In this document: positions 13,530 to 26,439 of the stretch, in pieces
Numbering within the stretch: the stretch's first letter is position 1
Layout: each line of letters begins with the position of its first letter
DNA from: Ginglymostoma cirratum
Lineage: Eukaryota
Length of the DNA stretch: 64,000 bases
Direction of reading: 5' to 3'
Assembly: GCA_024137785.1 (NCBI GenBank)
Contig: JAHRHZ010000069.1
Coordinates: 8,350,093 to 8,414,092, forward strand
Made by a program: the position numbers and the translations under genes
The notes under the pieces: generated by a model
Told to the model about the DNA's origin: nothing
Seen by the model: only the letters and a program-made list of their open reading frames with translations
The model's database searches: none

Positions 13530-15225
13530 AGAAACCAAGAAAATTATGATACAGAACAAGGAAATGGCTGAAGAGATGAACTTATACTTTGGCTCTGCCT
13601 TCACAAAAGAGGGCACAAATAACCTCCCAGAAGTGTGAGAGAACCAAGGCTCTAGTGAGACGGGGCAGAATTGATGGAAGTCAGCATTAAGGAGAAAATG
13701 GTTCTAGGGAAGTTCATTATGTCAAAGACGACAAAAAAAAACATCAACAGGGCCAGGTAATCTACACCCTGGAATACTTTAAGCAATTAGTCCTGGAAAT
13801 ATTGAATGCATTGAACGGTTATCTTGAAAAATTCTATAGACTCTAAGACAGTTCCTACAGATGGAAGAACGGCAACGTTAACCCTAGTAGTTAAAAAAAG
13901 GGGTTGCGGTGAAACAGCGTGAATTACAGACCAATTAGTTTAACATCGGTAGTTGGGAAAATGTTACACAGTCTTCATAAAAGATGTGATAACAACATCG
14001 GGAAAGCATTCGTGGGATTGCACAAAGCCAGCATTGGGCTATGAAAGATGAACAATGCTTAACACATCTAATGGCGTTTTTGGGAATGTAATTAATAGAA
14101 TAGACAAAGGAGAATCCGTGGATGCAGCATATTTGGATTTTCAGAAGGCTTTTGGGTAAGGTCCCTTGCAGGAGGGACATGGACAAAATTAAAGCAAGTG
14201 GGACGGAGGTAATATATTGGGAAGGATCAAGAATTGGTTGGCAGGCAGGAAACACATGGATCATTTTTCTGATGATACATATAAACACACAAATGACCTG
14301 GATGAGGTAATCAAAAGCAATATTCCCAAGGTTCCTGAGACCAGAAAACTGGGCAGCTTTGCAAGTTGTGAGGAGGGTACAAGGAGGCTTCAAGGTGACT
14401 GAGGGAATTAGAATGAGTGGAAAAACAATGACAGATACAGGACGATGTGGTTGAATGAGATGTTATACACTTCAGCATGAAAACAGAAAGGCAGAGTATT
14501 GTTTAAATGGTGATATATTGGAAAATGTGGATGGACAAAGGAATCTGGGTGCCCTTGTACGTCACTCAATAAAATTGGACAAGCTGATGCAGCAGCAGCT
14601 AGGAAGGCAAATGGCATAGTAGCTTTCATTGCAAGAGGATTCGAGAGGGAGGTCTTACTATACTTATACAGGACTTGAGACCACACCTGGAGTACTGTAT
14701 ACAGGTTGATCTCCCCACCTAAGAAAGAGTATACTTGCCATAAAGAGACTGCAGTGGAGGTTCATTAGGCTGATAGCGGGGATGGGGATGTCCTATTTGC
14801 ACAGATTAGTTCAACGAGGCTTATACTCACTTGAATTTCGATGGTAGAGAGGGGATTTGAAACAAACTGTTAAAATTATAACAAGGCTGAAGAAAATAGA
14901 AGCAGAGAGAATGTTTTCACTCTCTGGGAGTCTAGAATCAGACTCCCCGGTCTCACAATATGGGGTAAACTGTTTAGGATGAGACGAGGAAACATTTCCT
15001 CTTTCAAAATTAAAGATTACTGAACTTGTTGAATTCTACCATTGAAAGCTGTGGAGGCCAAGTCAGTGAATACATTCCAGAAAGAGACAGATAAGTATTT
15101 AGATTTTAAAAGGATCAAGGGGATGGGAGAAAGAGCAGGAATATGGCAGCGAAAGAGGATCAGCTGTGACCATATTGAACAGCAGAGCAGACTCAAGAGG
15201 ACAAATTGCCTACTCCTAGTTTCTA
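13530..15225 (+). mobile_element. Degenerate CR1 LINE, RT half of ORF2 plus 3' tail
   Basis: RT motifs with many disablements: aattacagaccaattagtttaacatcggtagttgggaaa (NYRPISLTSVVGK), gatgcagcatatttggattttcagaaggct (D..YLDFQKAF), agaccacacctggagtactgt (RPHLEYC). CR1 tail at 15120-15225. Confidence 0.9.
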
Positions 15226-15584
15226 CAAAATTCCATCTGACATCTAATTGTTTGATCAAACCTGCTTCTTTCCGAAGTCCCTTCTGCTTCATTGACACAC
15301 CTTTTTATCTCAAATATAAACTGATATTATGATTCCTGTATCCAAGTGCAGATTTTTTATATATATTTACAATACCAAATGTCAGCTGAGGAACAGCATT
15401 GCTAACATTGCTCCAGTCTGAAAAACATCTGTAAGATGCACTCTCCATGTGCTGTTGTTTTAACCAGCTTCAAATGGGGATTTTATTTAAAATCGGAAGC
15501 TTGAAGAAATGCCTCATAAGTAAACTATATAAACATGAGCAGCAGATTCTTTATCAATAATACTATTTCAAAGTTGTCCATTAA

Positions 15585-15960
15585 ACTTGTATGGCATCTT
15601 TCACATCCTCAGCAGGGCTTAAGATGGTTTATAGTTGATCCTTTTACAAGTGCTGTCACTTGTTATGGAGACAAAGACAAAATTTGAGCACTGCAACGTT
15701 CGAGGGACAACAAATTGGATAAATGATAGCATCATCTACTTTTGATCAATATTGGGCTAGGGACTGTTTCTTTTGGTCAAAGTATTGGGACACTTGTACG
15801 CTTCGTCAAATTATGCAAAAGTAATATTTTAAATCTGTCCAAATCGATAGGCAATTCATGCAAAAAGTACACAGTCAGCAAAAAAAAAAAAAAGCTGTCC
15901 CTCAAGCGTCGGCCTAAATGAACATGGTCATGCCCTACAGAGGGGTTTGAACCCATTAGT
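15585..15960 (-). mobile_element. Highly decayed Deu-domain SINE
   Basis: Partial motif similarity to the other Deu-SINE copies (tgtcacttgttatg; gggtttgaaccc). Confidence 0.4.
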
Positions 15961-16615
15961 CCATAAGTTGTTGCATCAAATCCTTCAAGGGTTTGTGCTA
16001 ATCTTGACCACTAACATTTTGTATTTGAAGATGCAAATTTAAAAAGAAAGAATAGGACGAGACTGGCTTTCCAGAAGAGCAAAAGAAACATTAATTTATA
16101 AACAAAAAGGTAACAAAATAAAATTTCAAAAGGGAATTTTGGTTACTCCAAATATTTAAAACGTATCCCAAAATAACGAAGAAAAATTTCAACCACCACA
16201 CATTCATCATCTTGCATTTGGGATGATTACTTCAGTATTTTGTCAATATTAATCGCATTGTACTTTGCTTCGGCGTGCGTTACTAAAGAAACCTTAAGTT
16301 AGTTTTGACACTTCTAGGATTGTACCGAATCAAAGATTTAAATGTTCAAAGTCAAACTCATTCACTGAATAAACCTTTGACCTTCCCACAATTAGCACTA
16401 TTGCTAGCTAAATAAACCCGATTCACTATTGAAGTTACAATATTCACACTAAATCCAGCCAATTGACAAGAATAATAATTCCTTGCTGCCAATTCCACTT
16501 AAATTACATTCCTTATAGCCAACTATGCTGCATTATTCTACTTAACTACAAACTCTCTACAGCCTTTAACATGGTTAACCATACAATTCCCCCTCCAAGT
16601 CATTCCATTATGTTA

Positions 16616-16765
16616 TAATGGTGTGGAGCTGGAGGAACACAGCAGGCCAGGCAGCATCAGAGGAGCAGGAAAGCTGATGTTTTGGGCCTGGACCTTCCTT
16701 CTACTGTGTTACTCCAGCTCCACACTATGTTATCTCAGACTCCAGCATCAGCAGTTCTTACTATC
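16616..16765. mobile_element. Penelope-like palindromic mini-element, family A (centre deleted)
   Basis: Inverted arms gtgtggagctgg..aacacag / ctgtgtt..ccagctccacac. 16-bp TSD TCATTCCATTAYGTTA at 16600-16615 and 16766-16781. Confidence 0.8.
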
Positions 16766-18164
16766 TCATTCCATTACGTTACCCTTTCTCGATTACTTTC
16801 AAAAAAAAAAAAAAAAAAAATCTGAATCTGATTCCACTTAGCCAGGTTACCTAACACTTTCCCCCCGCCCAAGACCTGCTATCTGAATGCTGGAGACTAT
16901 TTGCTTTACTTCATTTCTTGAATCTTCCACTTCATGTTATGTGACCACTTATCCACCTATCAGGACAGAATGAGCCAGGACTTAATTCGGGTTTAAATAT
17001 CAGGAAAACAAAAGCTGACCAAGTGCAAGGACTGAATGTTACTATTCCAGTTCATGGTAATACTGGACAAAATCAATGCTTAATGTAAGGCCTACCCTTG
17101 GATTTATCAAGCCTTCTTTCTCTTTTATCATGGAGGTCAGTCACTGAACACATTCACAACAGGCTGCCAACGTACTTTTCACAAAAGACAAATATTTCGT
17201 TGCACAAAGTTAAAACTAATGAACATTCTACATTTATCTAAAAGCTATTTGAAATTCCAAATACTGGAAAGAAAAAAGTTCAAGACTTTTATTGCACAAA
17301 CCTTATAGACACCCAAACTAGTCTCCATGCTAAAACTCACTGTTTAGCTGGCACAACTGTAGCCTGTTTTCTCTTGGCAATTTTCTGCCTTCACCTCATC
17401 TTATTTCCCAAGACCCTTGAACAAGCTGCTAACTCAGCTCACTCAGTACTGGACATGGGTTCCTTCAACCCATGTCTCCATCAGCCTTGTCAGTTGTTTC
17501 TCCTCTCAGACACGTATTCAGCCTCCTGCTTCTGGAGACTGCTTTCAAACAAATCCAAACTTCACCCAGCCCTGAAAGATTGTGTGATAATAACTACACC
17601 TGTTATTAAGGAACTCTTTTTGACTGAATTGGTTTCAGTCTTGTCCGGTATTCCCTTAGCTGGGATCAATAATCATATTTCAGAGTGAAACGTGATGTGA
17701 TAGATCGTAAGTTTTATTTTTGCCATTTAATTATCACAGGAGGGAAAAAGAGAAGAAAAAATGCCATGTATAAACCAGATCGTTTAGAAAGATAGGTACA
17801 AATACTTTACTCACAACATTCCTCTATGGACACAACCTCAGTGAAGTATCACTTCCACAGGTTGTTTCCTCGCTCAATTGATGAGGTCACAAGCATTTAC
17901 TTTTTGTGATTTTCTGCATATTCAAATATGTTTCCCCCCCACACCCCCATCTCTCCTAGAGGTATGCAGACAGAAGCTAACTCACTGACTTTTCTAATTG
18001 ACCGCTGAGGGGGGAAAAAAAAAAAATGGCATTCTCTAATCACTTTGGCCAGGATCTTTTATTCATAAATTAACCTGCTTCTGACCTTCATTTCAGTCGG
18101 TTGGAAAAGCTTAAATTAACAATTCTCTTACCACGTAGCTTATCCAGTCGTTCAGCTTAAGTCA

Positions 18165-18360
18165 CATGGTTAGCTCAATTGACTGGATGACTGGTTTGTG
18201 ATGCAGAGTGAGGCCAACAGCGTCTGTTCAAGTCCTGCATCATTTGCTGTTACCAGCAAGGACCGTCCTTCTCAACCTATCCCCTCACTTGAGGCATGGT
18301 GGCCTTCAGGTTAAACCTCCAATACTGGTCTCTCTCTAGGACTATGGCGACTTTACTTTT
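18165..18360 (+). mobile_element. tRNA-derived SINE, copy 1
   Basis: A-box-like ggttagctcaattg, B-box-like gttcaagtcc; homologous to 18980-19240. Confidence 0.7.
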
Positions 18361-18979
18361 CCATCCATTCCACTGATGGCGGCTAAATTAAAAAACAGCA
18401 TATCAAAAATCTCTTACTTGATGGAAAAAAAAAGCAATAAACACTACTTTGAAAACTACAGTTATAAAACACTTATTTACTAATGGAGTGAGCTGTGCTA
18501 CTGAAACTACCCAAATTACACTGCAGGATTGACATGAAAATGATGCGGATTTAACTGCTTCATAGTCACAGCCACAACTTTACGCTGAATTACATGGATC
18601 ATCTGTACAGGCAATCGGATCAAACACTTAAACGACAATTGAAATATCTGATCAGGATTCTCTTATTTTGGTCAAACCCAATATGACAGATCGGTGTCAA
18701 GTAAAACCTGAACGAAAATGTCTCTCATTTCTTGGAACTCTATGTCATGGAGAATCTGAGTGCTCACAGATCAATGTTAGAGAAAGTCTTTTGACCACAC
18801 AGCGCAAGTTAATTTGCAACCCACCTGTAAAATTAGCACGTGGAGTTAAATTTTGTTTACATAATCGGATCATACAACCAAGTCACCAGGACCACCGTTA
18901 AAATAAATGGATGGCCATCACGACACTAGTAGCAGTAAAATTGCTAATTATGCCAAATGCATTTCAATAAATGAACAGG

Positions 18980-19164
18980 CTGTTTAGCCCAGTTGGCTAG
19001 ATGTATGGTTTACCAAGCAGAATGATGCCAACAGCGTGGGTTCAATTCCCATCGCCAGCTGAGGTCACCACGAAGGACACTCCCTCTCAACCTCTCTCCT
19101 TTCCTGTGGTGTGGTAGCCTTCAGGTTAAATCATCACTAGTCGTCTCTCTCTCTCTCTCTCGCG

Positions 19165-19204
<40 letters not shown>

Positions 19205-19240
19205 ACAGCAGCCCCATGATGTGGTAAGGCTATGGTAAAA
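18980..19240 (+). mobile_element. tRNA-derived SINE, copy 2, with an expanded internal microsatellite
   Basis: tagcccagttgg...gggttcaattccc...ccttcaggttaaa shared with copy 1. Confidence 0.7.
19144..19200. repeat. Compound microsatellite (TC)n(CG)6(CA)14
   Basis: Directly visible. Confidence 0.95.
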
Positions 19241-20737
19241 ACAATTGGACATGTACAGAGGCTGACGACAACAATGGATGAACTGTCTGGCAGCAGTTAA
19301 TTTGTTTTCAACTAAATCTGTATCTATTTCGCGCGAATACTTGGCACACAATTTCCCATTACCCTTCAAGCTTATCCAAGCAGGACAAGGGTCTGAGAGA
19401 GGTACAGAATCTCCAATAAGACAGGACCTCCTAATTTCCTATCCCTGCTACAACTGTAAAGAACTCCTCTTAAAGAATACAAGTTTAGGAATTTACAACA
19501 TCAGGCCTTTGGTTGGTAATGAATGCAACTTTGACAGCTGTAAGAAGCAGAAAGAAGTTACTCAATAAAAACTCAAACTTATATACCACTGTTTAATTGG
19601 ACAAGCTTTTTTTTTAACACATTCAGTTATCAGCCATTTCGCGGCCTCCCACGATTCGAGTATTCTTACGATAACATTGAGTATTTGGATGGTACACTGC
19701 ATTAGGACGCTGGACTGGAACCTGTAGAACTGGTATTGATGGGACACTACGTGAGATGCAAATTGACAATTCTCATCTTAGGAGACCTCAAAGCTAAACC
19801 AAAAAAAAAAAAGTCCTTGACTAACAGTCCAAGAATTACCCATAAAACATATTCAAGTACCATATTTTAAGTTAGATTTCACTAAATGCATTTTATTTCA
19901 CAGATCTACATGTGACAGAGCTGTAATAGCCTATCCATTCAGTAAACTGTACACTTGTGGGGGAATTGCAAACATATGCCCGTAGATGAACTGTGACAAT
20001 CAAATCTCCCAAACGGATATCGTGTTCAATTCATCAGGGAAAGAGACTAACACCATTGGACAAGGGACCATTTCAAAATGGAAAGGAAGTTGTACAAAAT
20101 ATTAATGGGACATCTGGGCAGTGTCATACAACAGACATGAAGTAGCTCTGAATAATGAGGTATGTAAGGAACAAAATCCTTTACTGCACCAAGGAATCTC
20201 ATCAATTACACTTAATTATATCCATCTGCAGTAGTTGCCAAACTGCTGTATTTCCTAAAGCTGTTATTGATTTTTTTAGCTATGTTAATACCTGTCAAAG
20301 CAGACATTGTACATAAAAAGGAGACAGAATGTGTTTTGTTGTCACAGTATCTCACTTGCTTCAGCTGCTAACTCCAGAATAAAAGTTACACAACTGAAAG
20401 TTAACATAAACGAATGGCAGTATCACCCACAAACAGGCAAGGCTATATCTCACCTTTGCACTGTCCATTTTCTCCCATGTCACTAAGCTGATACCATCTG
20501 CCACCTTGATTTGGCTGCTCTTTCATGTGCAAGACAGGAACAAAAAAAAAGTGCAAATTCCTCACAAATGTGTCTGTGTGTACTATGTTCATGTGGACAA
20601 TTGTTCAGTCTTCACTAAAGAGTTGCTGCACTAGAGTAGGATCTTATTACAAAAGGAAGGTCACTCCAGCACATTGGGTTTGTGCTGATCTTGGAAAGCA
20701 TGTCGGGGATGTGCTGGTGTTGAACTGACATAGACAA

Positions 20738-20900
20738 GGTCAGAAAAATCACATGATACCAGGTTATAGCCCAACAGGTTTATTTGAAAACACAAGCTTT
20801 TGGAGCCCTACTAACACCTGAAGGAGGAGCAAGGTTCCGAAAACTTGTGTTTTCAAATAAACTTGCTGAACTATAGGCTGGTGTTGTGTGATTTCTGATC
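20738..20900. mobile_element. Penelope-like palindromic mini-element, family C
   Basis: Inverted arms aaatcaca..ccaggttatag...gtttatttgaaaacacaag / cttgtgttttcaaataaac...ctata..ctggtg..gtgattt. Central decayed hammerhead CTGAAGG-A-GGAGC-AAG-GTTCC-GAAAA at 20818-20843. Confidence 0.75.
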
Positions 20901-21035
20901 TTTGAAAAAATTGTTTCCTTCATCCCGGTTCCCTGTTTTCCTTCTAATTAAGATGTTGCATATTAAGTATATATAGATGGGAGCCAATAGTGGCCAACTA
21001 CTTGCACGTCCTGATACAAAAACCGGGTCATGGAA

Positions 21036-21350
21036 ATGACCATGAAGTATCAGATGGAATCCGATGGAGATGGTCTTGCAGAAAAAGGCAGTGCATCTTC
21101 AAGAATAACACCAGACCAAGACAGCGCCTGTAGAAGAGGCTGCCTCACCAAGGTAGTCAGAGATCTGATCTGTGACATGTGATTTTGCTCCCTTTGAAAG
21201 TTATGCAATGGAATTGCTGAAGGTCTTGAAAAACATGCATGCACTCAAATTCAAAGAGTTGGTGCATACATCTTTGCTAAGAGAGACAAACTCAGCAACA
21301 TGCCTGTAGTAGCAAAAAAGACAAATGTTGCCATTAAGAAAAAAAGTTAA
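21036..21350 (+). pseudogene. RPL36: Processed pseudogene of 60S ribosomal protein L36, antisense in the GRM intron
   Basis: Frame-shifted translation MTMKYQM..DGLAEKG...RRGCLTKVVRDLICDM / FAPFESYAMELLKVLKNMHALKF / RVGAYIFAKRDKLSNMPVVAKKTNVAIKKKS* aligns end-to-end with eL36 (MA.RYPMAVGLNKG...RRGRLTK...[55 protein letters not shown]). Intronless, with frameshifts. Confidence 0.85.
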
Positions 21351-24049
21351 AAGCAGATGATTATTGACACTACAGCGTGTGTTGTAGTGCCATGAGCTAT
21401 ACACTTGCAATGTCTCACTTTGTGACTAAATCTAAAGCTGACTAAAGATCAACTTCTGGCAACCTCCTTGTTCAACTTGTCAGTTTAACATTTTATTGCC
21501 TTTCAATTCTAGATCTAATCCCAGTTATGTGAATTTGGTGAAGCCATTCAACTTACTGACAAACTGAATATCCAGGCTTCAACATAAACAATGCAAAGGA
21601 AGCTCATTAGACAGGGGAAATATGAACCCAGCTGGTGGATTTGCTACGCTGGAGCTTGAAGTGGTAAAAACGAAATGAAAAGTTTATCATTTTGATATTT
21701 AAACTATCCATATATTGATGCAGTTCAAAGAGGTCTTACGCCAAAGGCCACACATGCAGGTTGTCAGATTTTCAGGATGCCCGCTGAAATGATTGTTGTC
21801 AGTTCCAAGCTCAGACACCACTTTCATTGCAACCCAATTGCACCAGTGAGTGAAAAGAAGCAACAAAAACCTAGCCTCCCACTACACCTTGATGTTATTC
21901 AGTTTAGAGAACATGGTACTTTTAAAGGAGTGTGCAAAACCCTTACTAGTAAAGTTACTAAGTTGTTCTGCAGTAAAGCAGGTATACATCATAAAGCTAT
22001 TGGCCAGACATTGAGAAACTCCATGCAAGCCATGAGATCTCATTGGCCTCTGTTAGAAAATTGATTCTGTGATGCTGTAACTGCATACCAATCATGGTAT
22101 GGATTCAGTTTATCATCAAATTGCAGCTGGAAATGTCATATCTGAAAATCATACTTTTCAGAGATGTGTTTGGTGCAGGCACTAGACCCTGCTACAGTGC
22201 CAGATCCCAAAACAACCTATTGTGTCCCCTCACAAATCAAAAACACAGGATGAATCAATATCGACAACTTTTAATCTACTCAGCAAGCCTAATCCATAAG
22301 TTAAAATTGAAAATAATCAGCCATTCCAGAAGTTCCACTAACAACCAAATCTTCTTTTTGATCTAATTACGATACACTAGAATGTAAAATGAGTATAACC
22401 AGGAATTTCTTCAAGTCTAAAAATTCAAGTCTTAATTCATTTAACAGCCATTTAAATCTACAATAAATGAGGTTTTATACATTTTATCACCAGTCATTTT
22501 TTACACCAAAATCTGAAGGAACATTCTGTACACTAGGTTCCAGTAAGAATAATCTTGGAAACACTTCAAATTTAAAAAGCAAATGAATGGCTTTCTTTCC
22601 TGCAACACCTGTAAACACAGCTTACATTATTAAGCTGCCCCCAAGCGTCCAATAGCAAAATTCCAAATGAACTAGTTATTCTATGTTACAAAAAGACCTA
22701 CTTCCACACTAGCATATTGGAGGTTGCCCATTCTAAACAAAGTGATGAGTTTTAAAGAACTGTTCACAATATTTGGTCAGACCACAGTCATTGCCAGTCT
22801 TTAGTTGTACTGATAAAGGTGGACTTCTTTCTAGAATAACCCCTGGAGAAATCACATCATGTACCTCAGAATTACGCAGCATAGGAGATGACCATTGGCT
22901 CCTTTATGCTCAACAGACTATGTGAAAGGGCTATCCAGTTAACCTCACTCCCTTGCTTTCTTCTCCATTTCCCTAACTTGGCATTTACATTTAAATGTCC
23001 AATTCTTCATCTTAGAATAAAACTGATAAATTAATGTGCACCTGACCACTAAAGACTGTTGAGTTTGATGAATCATGTAAAGGTTAGTCCACCATTGTAT
23101 TTTATTACAGGCAACATAAGAAAGTTTGCTTTGGATTCTAACGAAGTTTCTTTAAGAACTTTAAAGAAAAAAAAAAGAGACCAGAGAAAATAAGTTCAGT
23201 GTAATGTGTTGCTGAGGAGGGTGGATGCGTAGTTGGGTGGTGAAACTCAAAGAGAGGCAGGAATCATTTAACTGACTTCTAAAGGAACATCCATTCACGG
23301 GCTGAATAGCAACAACATGAATTGTATTATGCTCGATTCCTGGTGTCCACATTCTAAGGGATGTCAATGCAAAAGTCCAATATCAGCTTGACATTGCCAT
23401 GTACCCAGCTAGCACTGAGCTTTACAGTGGTGCTTGCCTATATAATGACTCTGAACCACTTACTGTGGACTGCCATAGACATCGGTAAAAAAGTGTTTTT
23501 TTCCTTTTATGTCTTTTGCAATTTAGCTCTGGGAATATATTCCAAGGTTTCTGTTCTTTTCTTGAGGAAAAAGAAAACTAATTCTTACAAATAACCACAC
23601 GAGAGCATTTTCTATTGAAAATGTTGCATTCATAGTAAACGTTTCTTTCTTTAGGGAAGAGCCACCATGTGACAGACTTTTATTTCTGTAGTCTCTTTCA
23701 TGGTTTACTGTTTGTTGTCTCCCAGGAGGAGACTATAGGTTTGCTTGATTCAGTACACAAAGTTCTCAGTGAGTGGACTTTCCACACTATCAGATAACGA
23801 CAGTGTGTCAAGTGGGCGATGGACGAAAACATGGTAGGGGATCAAAATTATTGGACCAGGTAGAAATAAGGAAACCAAGATTGCGTAAAAAGGAAAAAAC
23901 AGCCGCAATTTTCACAATCCCAGGATGCTTCACAACCAATTAAGCACTTTCGAGGTGTCTTCACTGTTGCAAGACAGAAAGGAGCAAGTTGCTAGATACA
24001 GCTGATCATTGGACAAGCCCAAGGCGTAGAGGAGGGGAAGCTTTTATAA

Positions 24050-24530
24050 CATGTTCAAAAGTTCAACTCCTGAACACATCCTAGAATGGAGTTCAGAAAA
24101 GTAGGTGCAAAAAGCTCAACAGAATTCATGAAGGATGACTTAAAGAAACTTCAATAATATTCTACGCTTCAACATAGGAAGTAGCTTTTCAACTGACATG
24201 TATACATTCCTTCAAAAGTGGGTACATGTCGCTATTCTGGTACTAAAAAGATTCAGCACTCATGGTCAGATTTTGAAGATGCAGCTAAAGGACTTACGAC
24301 CAGAGCAGAAAATAATAGCTCGATCCTACTAATTTATATACAGCAGGTGAAGAAAGAATCTATGGAAGCAGAACCCAACTTAAATGTGTTGAATACATGG
24401 CCATCAATGCACGACAGGAGCTTCACATTTCTTGAAGAAAATTGCACAATAATTGATGATTCATTTCTCCAAATAAAAGATCTCAGAATTCAGAACAATA
24501 TATTTCCTTCTGTGGACACCCATTCTTAGT
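24050..24530 (+). pseudogene. Unidentified fossil coding-like segment
   Basis: 103-aa ORF with protein-like composition, extended upstream in frame through stops (EFMKDDLKKLQ*YSTLQHRK*); no family assigned. Confidence 0.3.
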
Positions 24531-26439
24531 AATCGGGACTCGAGAGGTCAGAAATGACACCAACAAAACAATGTACAGTTCTCTCCATTACTTTAACGAT
24601 ATGCTTCACCAGCAATCTGAGAAGTACACAGTTTCGACTAAACCAGTCTAACCAATCCAGCCTCACCACACAGTCTTTGCATTGATCCTTTTAAAAGGAG
24701 GTCAATAACCCAATGCTAAAATTGTTGCCACTTTGCTTCTGCAGAACTACATCTACTCAGAATTATTTTGCACTGTTCTAAGTAATTTTGTTTTTAATCC
24801 ACCTTGTCTGGATCAAAATCAATAAAATTGAGGCACTGGGAAGCAACAGACTGCTTGCATTCAGCATCAGAAGCATGAATTCTGTCTGAAAGGATATTAA
24901 CATTTTGTGTCTCTGATATATTAACCACTAACAGCAAATAAACAAATGAGAGACCTTGCAATTGGAGACCTTAAAAGTGTGTTTCGGTCTTCAAGATAAA
25001 AGTTCTTAGTGTCTTTAAATGAGTCTGATCAGCCACTCCACTTTCAATCAGGAGGTTCAGTTCCTTCATTCCAACACTGAGATCTTTGCTTATAGGTTTA
25101 CACAAGCAGTTTTGACATCAATACAGACAGAAGAATTTATCGCCGAAAAAGTTGGCTCAAAAAAAGTGTGAGAAAAATATTGCAACGGAAAATTAGACTC
25201 TGGAGACAGGAAGCTCATGCAAGCAAATCTGTGGTAGCTCATCTGCAGATTTAGTTATTATTATTACTAAAAGAAACCGATTACTTCTTGAAACCTACTG
25301 AAAATGCTCATCTTTGTTCCATTTATTTGCATGAGGTTTTCTACTCTGCCTCCCACATTCAGCTTGCTGTGGTGCTGCACTTGTGTCATTATTGATTCTA
25401 ATTTCCCCCATTATTTAGCTAGCTGACAATATTTTCCTAATCCCCTTCTTCCCCAGGGAGATGTATAAATTTCCTTGATAGTAGCAATGTGCATTGGTTG
25501 GATCTGATTGCCCTCACTGACGTCATTCAAACTCAGTGTGAAAGGCTTCCACAAGCATTCACCTCCAATCTTGCAATATGATTTCTACTGAAAAACATTA
25601 CGACATGTAATGGAGTAAGCTAAGAAGACTGTTCTGTTTTCAATAACAGTGTTTGTGCATGTTGAACACAATGAGCATTCATGTTTGAGTTCTCTCTCAT
25701 TTTCAAGTCACACAATTCTTATTTGACTAGCTGTCACGAACATCACAATCTACCGTTTGCAATGCCAAAGGAGCAGAATTTAGTTTGCAACTTCTTCTAA
25801 TGCATCTCTTTTTTAATTTGTTAATAAAAGCTTTAAGTCCAGTCATTTGGTCAAAACAAGGAGGAAATGGTTAACAGTGCATCTCTTCCTCATGCGTAAA
25901 GTAAACTCAAAGTCACCAGTGCCAGACAAAGTCTTTGACAATTTTTATAAATTGAGCTACAAGTCCCAGATGGAGGGCACGTTTTCTTCGGCGGATCTCT
26001 TGTAGGTATTGCAAACATGGCATAACCAATTAATTGGCTAATCAGTTCTCCAGGACAAACTAAGTTACTGTTCAAATTATTGGGTAGTCAACCTCCTAAA
26101 AAACAGGACACGTTTGCCTCAATTTAGTTACAGGTCTAAAATTAGGCCAACAGAACCCATACTGCACAGAAGTGGTGTATGCATACCTTGCCTTTAAGGG
26201 AGTTCATTTTTTTAAAAAAAAAAAGAGACAATTCATTATTGGCTAAGATAGACACAGGGCAAGTAACCAACATACTATCCATTGCAAATTCTAAAATATG
26301 CACCACAGACATGGCAAGCCTTTCACTGTGCAAATCCCTCACCAGTTTCACATTTAGGATCATTCATGCCAGGGTGGAATCAATCCACTTGGATGTACTG
26401 ATGTGCAACATCATAGGCACTACTGGATCAACAAATTGC

